Shown here: one piece after another, positions 58,483 through 64,000 of the stretch
Layout: the number at the start of each line of letters is the position of its first letter
How positions within the stretch are numbered: the first letter of the stretch is position 1
Source of the DNA: Synechococcus sp.
Lineage (GTDB): Bacteria > Cyanobacteriota > Cyanobacteriia > Thermostichales > PCC-7336
Length of the DNA: 64,000 bases
Direction of reading: 5' to 3'
NCBI GenBank assembly: GCA_051439605.1
Contig: JBFRWN010000013.1
Span: forward strand, 62,123 to 126,122
Made by a program: the position numbers and the translations under genes
Notes under the pieces: generated by a model
Databases searched by the model: none
What the model was told of the DNA's origin: nothing
Seen by the model: only the letters and a program-made list of their open reading frames with translations

Positions 58483-60207
58483 ATGGCGACTTCCGAGGAT
58501 TACAACTACTATCCAGTCTCGTCTTCGGGTGAGCAACATTCGCCTGGATTTCGGCAGCCCAAACAGTCCCAAGAATCCGGCACTCCCTCCACTTCAGAGC
58601 AGGGAACTGCAACTACGGGCGGATTTACTGCAGCACAGCCAGAGGTTGAGCGAGAGACTATAGAAAAATTCAATCCCCAGTGGCACCATCGTGAAGCTTC
58701 TAGCGAGCAGCTAGCCACTCAACACCCGACATCCCTTGCAACTGGAAATCTGGAGTTTGCATCAGTCGATGCCCTCAGGCGTCTTGTGGAACATCTCAAC
58801 CGCGAGCGCATTAAGGTTCAGGAATTGATGGGCTCGTTAAGCTTTGCCCTGCGGTCATTTAGCAACATCAACCAAATCCTTGAGCTGATTCCTCTGGTGG
58901 CCAGCCGCATTGCCGATGCCGATGGCGCGGCTTTAGTGTTGTTCGAACGGGATGGTGCGATCAAAATCTCCCGCATGTTTTGTAGTCAGGGTGGAGACTG
59001 CTCGCAGGTGAAACAAGCCCTTCAGGAAGCAGTGCAAACCGTTGCGGCTCAGATGGTTCACTTCGCTAGCAACCCGGAGGAGAACCATCGTTACACCGAC
59101 TCAATCCAAGCAGATCATCACCCTCGACCCAGTTCGATCGAGCTAGCACCACGAGGAAAAGACCCAGGAGAACAATTTGAACAATTGCTGGACGAGCAGG
59201 TCGGCATCAATTTGGGGGAGGATGTGCAACTGTTTGGAACGTCATTACTGTCTCGCAATGTGGCCCGAGGTCGGTTGTATGTCTTTAGCCACCGTCCTGA
59301 CTACATCTGGAATGCAGAACGGCAAAAACTGATTCGACTGGTTGCCGATCAAATGGCAGTGGCGATCGAAAACGACGATCTGAATTCCGAACTCCGCTAT
59401 CGAGCTCGCATTGCTCATGAAATTGCCATTGGCTCCGAAATCCAGCAACGATTACAACCCCAAAGGTGTCCAACAATTCAGGGGCTGGATATTGCCGCAC
59501 GCAGTCAATCCGCCAGTCCAGTAGGAGGGGACTATTACGATTTCATTTCTGTTCCGGAACCGGCAGTTAAGTCCTCTGAGGCAAGGGGCGATCGCCCCAT
59601 CAAGCATTGGGGGATTGCCATTGGAGATGTCATGGGCAAGGGGGTACCTGCAGGACTCTTGATGATGGAAACGCGGGGGGTACTGCGGGCAGAGGTGTTG
59701 CACGATCGCGAACCGGCGCAGATTTTGCAGCACCTCAATCAGGTTACCTACAGCGATATGGAGAACTCCCGTCGCTTTGTCAGCCTGTTTTATTCGGAAT
59801 ATTGCCCTAAAACCCGTCAATTAAGGTTTAGCAACGCTGCCCATAACCCCTGCTTGTGGTGGCAGGCTGCCACAGGGGAGGTCGAGGTGTTAGACACGGA
59901 GGGCATGCTGATTGGGGTGGAATCGAACAGTCGGTACCAACAGCGGTCTATCCAATTGCAGCCGGGGGATGTGGTGCTGTACTACACCGATGGAGTAACG
60001 GAAGCTGTCAATCCCCAGGGAGATCGGTTTGAGGAGGAGGGGCTGGTTACAGCGTTACAGACGACAGCTGCTCGCTGTCCAAATGCCCAGCAGATTCTCG
60101 AACAACTGTTCGAGCAGGTTCGTCAATTTCGACAAGGGTTAGAAGGGGTTCAGTTTCGAGACGATATGACGATGGTGATTCTGAAAGTTATGGCCCCCTG
60201 CGCTTGA
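58483..60207 (+). CDS. GAF + PP2C/SpoIIE (RsbU-like) phosphatase
   Basis: VGGDYYD, IGDVMGKG, NAAH, YTDGVTE, DDMT. Confidence 0.93.
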   Translation: MATSEDYNYYPVSSSGEQHSPGFRQPKQSQESGTPSTSEQGTATTGGFTAAQPEVERETIEKFNPQWHHREASSEQLATQHPTSLATGNLEFASVDALRRLVEHLNRERIKVQELMGSLSFALRSFSNINQILELIPLVASRIADADGAALVLFERDGAIKISRMFCSQGGDCSQVKQALQEAVQTVAAQMVHFASNPEENHRYTDSIQADHHPRPSSIELAPRGKDPGEQFEQLLDEQVGINLGEDVQLFGTSLLSRNVARGRLYVFSHRPDYIWNAERQKLIRLVADQMAVAIENDDLNSELRYRARIAHEIAIGSEIQQRLQPQRCPTIQGLDIAARSQSASPVGGDYYDFISVPEPAVKSSEARGDRPIKHWGIAIGDVMGKGVPAGLLMMETRGVLRAEVLHDREPAQILQHLNQVTYSDMENSRRFVSLFYSEYCPKTRQLRFSNAAHNPCLWWQAATGEVEVLDTEGMLIGVESNSRYQQRSIQLQPGDVVLYYTDGVTEAVNPQGDRFEEEGLVTALQTTAARCPNAQQILEQLFEQVRQFRQGLEGVQFRDDMTMVILKVMAPCA

Positions 60208-60383
60208 ACGTCTACCGATGAGTATTCATTGCAGACAGAAGCTGAAATCCAAAAACAAGCAACAGTGTATAAAGCCTCACCGACCAATAACTGTTTCAAA
60301 CATCGTCAAGAAACGCCGGTAAGAGTTGGGAACCCAACCACAGTCTTTGGGTAGTCTAACGCTCTATACTCGTTTGAATTGAG

Positions 60384-60689
60384 TTGTTTTTTACAATGAG
60401 CTACACCATGGCATATCAATCTGCCGATGCATACACTAACTCAGTAGCCACTCCGTCTAGCCAGCTTGGCCAGTCTTCTGCTCTCAACGAACCCGATTTA
60501 CTCCCCCCAGCGTTATTGCCCTCTGAGACCTCAACCACGTGGGAATCGTACCCGATCGCCCAGGACTTCGATCAGGATGTGTTGGGGGACATCAAAACGG
60601 GCTTCGACAATTTTGTGGACAGCGGTCAAGTGTGGGCACTGCTAATTGGCTTGATTGTTGGATTTGTGGTGCGAGGTCTCACCCGCTAG
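60384..60689 (+). CDS. Small membrane protein, cyanobacterial hypothetical
   Basis: C-terminal F.NFVDSGQVWALLIG TM motif. Confidence 0.75.
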   Translation: MFFTMSYTMAYQSADAYTNSVATPSSQLGQSSALNEPDLLPPALLPSETSTTWESYPIAQDFDQDVLGDIKTGFDNFVDSGQVWALLIGLIVGFVVRGLTR

Positions 60690-60834
60690 GCTTCTTGCAC
60701 ATACCTACCGAACCAAGACTCTTGCCCAGCGATGGAGTCAACCCGATCGCCAGACTGAAACCTCAAGTATTTGCCCACTATGGGGGTAGCCCTCTCGTAC
60801 AATAGTCAAGCTTGCCAGACGAGGACAGCTTGCT

Positions 60835-62241
60835 GTGGTTGAATCCACCTCACCGACCCCAAAAACCTGGAGTCAGCGTTTTGAAGGAAGTCTGCATCCG
60901 GAGATCGCCCGATTCAATGCCAGCGTCAGCTTTGACATTCAATTGCTGGAGTTCGATATCACCGGTTCGCAGGCCCATGCCCGCATGCTGGCCCACTGCA
61001 ACATTATTGAGGCTGCCGAAGCCGAGCAAATCTGTACGGCATTAGAGCAAATCCGGTCGGAATATCGCAACGGGACGTTTCAACCCACCATCGATGATGA
61101 GGACGTCCATTACGCCGTAGAGCATCGCCTGGTTGAACTGATTGGCGATACCGGGAAAAAACTGCATACGGCCCGATCGCGAAACGATCAAGTGGCTACT
61201 GACTTGCGGCTATATATGCGCGATCGCATCGACCAAATTGGCGATCGTCTCCGAGACTTTCAATCGGCGTTGCTCCAGCTGGCAAAGCAACATGTCACCA
61301 CGCTGATTCCGGGCTATACCCACCTGCAGCGGGCACAGCCTGTTAGTTTGGCCCATCACCTGTTGGCTTACTTCGAGATGGCGCAACGGGATCTGGAACG
61401 GCTGCAAGACGTGCGTAAGCGCACCAACCGCTGTCCGCTGGGCTCAGGGGCTTTGGCCGGGACAACCTTGCCCATCGATCGCCACTATACGGCCAACCTA
61501 TTGGGGTTTGACGACATCACCGCCAACAGCTTGGATTCGGTGAGCGATCGCGATTACGTGGTGGAATTTCACGCGGCTGCCAGTCTCATCCTGGTGCACT
61601 TGAGCCGCTTATCCGAAGAGATAATTGTATGGGCCTCTCAAGAGTTTCAGTTTGTACGGCTGACTGACGCCTGTGCCACTGGCTCGAGCTTGATGCCCCA
61701 GAAGAAAAACCCCGATGTCCCCGAATTGGTGCGCGGAAAAACGGGACGAGTATTTGGTCATTTGCAGGCACTGCTGAGCACCCTGAAGGGGCTACCGCTG
61801 GCCTACAACAAAGACCTGCAAGAGGATAAAGAGGGCCTCTTTGATGCGGTAGACACCGTGATGGTGTGCCTGCAGGCGATGACGATTCTGCTGCAGGAGG
61901 GTGTGGAATTCCGACAAGACCGGCTGGCCCAAGCAGTCACCGAAGATTTTTCTAACGCAACAGATGTGGCTGACTATTTAGTGCGGAAGGGAATTCCGTT
62001 CCGCACTGCCTATCAGCTGGTGGGCAAAATCGTGAAAACCTGCTTATCAGAATCTATGCTGCTTAAAGACATGCCCCTGGAGCGCTGGCAAGAATTTAGT
62101 TCCGCATTCGAGTCCGACATCTACCAGGCGATCGCCCCCGAACAGGTAGTTTCTGCCCGCATTAGCGCAGGAGGGACGGGGTTTGATGCCGTCAGATCGG
62201 CCTTGGCCACTGCTCAATCTGTGTATGAGTCATCGCGTTAA
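60835..62241 (+). CDS. argH: Argininosuccinate lyase
   Basis: [36 protein letters not shown]. Confidence 0.98.
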   Translation: MVESTSPTPKTWSQRFEGSLHPEIARFNASVSFDIQLLEFDITGSQAHARMLAHCNIIEAAEAEQICTALEQIRSEYRNGTFQPTIDDEDVHYAVEHRLVELIGDTGKKLHTARSRNDQVATDLRLYMRDRIDQIGDRLRDFQSALLQLAKQHVTTLIPGYTHLQRAQPVSLAHHLLAYFEMAQRDLERLQDVRKRTNRCPLGSGALAGTTLPIDRHYTANLLGFDDITANSLDSVSDRDYVVEFHAAASLILVHLSRLSEEIIVWASQEFQFVRLTDACATGSSLMPQKKNPDVPELVRGKTGRVFGHLQALLSTLKGLPLAYNKDLQEDKEGLFDAVDTVMVCLQAMTILLQEGVEFRQDRLAQAVTEDFSNATDVADYLVRKGIPFRTAYQLVGKIVKTCLSESMLLKDMPLERWQEFSSAFESDIYQAIAPEQVVSARISAGGTGFDAVRSALATAQSVYESSR

Positions 62242-62271
62242 AGGCTGCCACTTGTTAGGCAGCCTTTAACG
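62236..62271. terminator. Hairpin between convergent genes (probably bidirectional terminator)
   Basis: CGTTAAAGGCTGCC-N8-GGCAGCCTTTAACG perfect 14-bp stem. Confidence 0.75.
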
Positions 62272-62306
62272 ATTAGCGAGGCATCTCTTATCCGAGGAAA
62301 ACCACC

Positions 62307-62621
62307 TTAGTAGGGCGAGTAATCTCCGCTTCTTGGGCTAGTGCTGCGTAGGCCACGAATGTGTTGAGTAAAGCTGATATCTCTGCCGCTATCTTCCCTC
62401 ACATCAATAGATACCGGCTCGCCAGCCACCTCTACACCCTCAGAACGGCTAGTCCAACTTTCAGCAAATGGATTAGCTACACCCACTTGGTTGGAATGAT
62501 CTGCATCCATTTCAGCTAAGCGGTTTAAAATTCCAGGAGAGGCGCTAGCAGGGGCTGCTACCATCGCAACAGAACCGGCAACTACAACTGCTGCAATCGC
62601 TAAATTTCGTAGAGTCGTCAT
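62307..62621 (-). CDS. Secreted hypothetical protein
   Basis: GGAGG Shine-Dalgarno; Sec signal MTTLRNLAIAAVVVAGSVAMVAAPASA. Confidence 0.75.
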   Translation of the reverse strand: MTTLRNLAIAAVVVAGSVAMVAAPASASPGILNRLAEMDADHSNQVGVANPFAESWTSRSEGVEVAGEPVSIDVREDSGRDISFTQHIRGLRSTSPRSGDYSPY

Positions 62622-62707
62622 AATCGGATTCCTCCGAAGAGAACTAATTGAATAGGCCGATAGCTTAGGGTCGGAAGAATCACCCCCAAATAGAATGTAA
62701 ACTTCTT

Positions 62708-62751
62708 AAGCTATCAAATAGTACAACAGAGCTAATGTATTCTCTGCTACA
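62708..62751 (-). promoter_or_regulatory. NtcA-activated (class II type) promoter
   Basis: TGTA-TTCTCTGC-TACA (62736-62751), then 23 nt, then TAGCTT (TAN3T) on the minus strand. Confidence 0.65.
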
Positions 62752-62990
62752 TTTACATTAAAAATCCTTCCGCTGAGAATGCTCTGGGGACAAGACTGAA
62801 TGCGCATGAGTGTTAATTGAGAATTTTCTAATTCTTTACTCAGGCTAAATTCAGGAAAAAAAGAGTAGCAGGTTTATAGGTCGCAAGAGTTGCTGCCGTC
62901 TTCGCTCGGGGCTTTAGACGCAGAGCGATCTACCAGTGTTGCTTTCGCATCTGCATTTATCTGCCATCAATGGACGCAATGTATCGACTT

Positions 62991-64000
62991 CTAAATTGAA
63001 TCCCAAGACTCACCAGTGGCCTCACCAGCGAGACATTCAATCTCCCTTTTAATGACATCTGCTTGCTGTTTGATGCTTTGACCCAATGCAAACTGCACTC
63101 TAGCTCTATAGAGGGCTTCCTCTGGATGGCTAACTTTGAAGTAGCGGATGCCCATCAGATAGTCTGTCAGGTATCTCAATCCCAACTCGAAGGGAATCAG
63201 TCGGATGGCATCGTAGAAATATTCGCGATCTCGTTCGCTCAGGAATTCACGCGCGATCGACCAATAGCCGCGCACAATTGCCTGGAAGTTGGGCAAATGG
63301 AAGCGAACATCGGACAAGTGGCGAGCATTAGACCCAGCGGGGTTGCAGCCCGATCGCAGGCAATCTCCAATGTCGTAATGGACTAGCCCCGGCTTGACCG
63401 TGTCAAGATCGATGAAGCCAATGGCTTGTTCCGTTGCCGGATCGAACAAAATATTATTGACTTTCGGATCCCCATGAATCGGTCGCAGCTTGAGAAAACC
63501 AGCGACTTTGGCATCTTCCAAAACACTGGCCCACCTGCGGCATTCCTCAACAACGTGCATGCAATCTGCAGCTTTATCTTTAGTAGCAGCGGGGATTCCA
63601 GCAGCAATGGCAGCATCGTACTGCGCTAGATATTGAGGGGTAATGTGAAATCCCTCTAAAGTGTCGGCCAGGAGATCGCTGGATAAGTCACTCAGTAAGC
63701 AATGGAAAATACCGAGGGCAATCCCCACTTCACGGGCTTGGGCGGTAGTTTGGATCGTATCGAGGCTGATGCTGCGATCGATATAACTAATAGCCCGCCA
63801 CAGGCTGCCCGAGGAGTCGTAGGTGAAGGGTTGGCCAACAAACTGTCCCATAGTCGTGGTGAGAACTTGAGGAATTTCCCAGCGGCGATCGCGGAGAAGT
63901 TGCAGACTCGGAAGTTTGGCTTTGGCATGCTGGGTAAACACCATCAGGTTGTGCATCACCTGCTCAGGGGCAGCAAAAACCTGTGAGTTGATTCGCTGCA
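62991..64000 (-). CDS. Aminoglycoside phosphotransferase / N-acetylhexosamine kinase-like protein (5' partial)
   Basis: LQRIN at the window edge; IHGDPKVNN, IDLDTV, ELGLRYLTDYL. Confidence 0.9.
   Translation of the reverse strand, partial: QRINSQVFAAPEQVMHNLMVFTQHAKAKLPSLQLLRDRRWEIPQVLTTTMGQFVGQPFTYDSSGSLWRAISYIDRSISLDTIQTTAQAREVGIALGIFHCLLSDLSSDLLADTLEGFHITPQYLAQYDAAIAAGIPAATKDKAADCMHVVEECRRWASVLEDAKVAGFLKLRPIHGDPKVNNILFDPATEQAIGFIDLDTVKPGLVHYDIGDCLRSGCNPAGSNARHLSDVRFHLPNFQAIVRGYWSIAREFLSERDREYFYDAIRLIPFELGLRYLTDYLMGIRYFKVSHPEEALYRARVQFALGQSIKQQADVIKREIECLAGEATGESWDSI

Noticed and set aside
1..64000. tRNA, rRNA, CRISPR array or prophage
   Set aside because: No cloverleaf/T-loop signatures, regularly spaced repeats or phage genes were seen by eye; small ncRNAs cannot be excluded without a covariance-model search

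Overview
Cyanobacterial chromosomal DNA: it carries apcE, petE, mgdA, aas and bioU, and the HIP1 octamer GCGATCGC is frequent. The divergent proteins and broken operons suggest an early-branching unicellular lineage (inference only). Most of the window is about 55 housekeeping, signalling and hypothetical genes. No tRNA, rRNA, CRISPR array or prophage was seen. A decaying accessory region runs from about 24.1 to 33.7 kb. It holds a complete ISAs1 element with a nonsense mutation, an ISAs1 left-end remnant abutting a 147-bp MITE-like element, a second degraded ISAs1, a CHAT-domain remnant, and an unannotated Rieske petC pseudogene that has lost its [2Fe-2S] ligands. Other points of interest are a stand-alone two-REP ApcE (predicting a bicylindrical phycobilisome core), atpC separated from atpD and closely followed by a KtrB/TrkH gene, bioD and bioU flanking a catalytically degenerate alpha/beta hydrolase, and a perfect NtcA-type promoter upstream of an uncharacterised secreted protein. 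I cannot support a wholly new multi-gene system from the sequence alone; these are the best leads.
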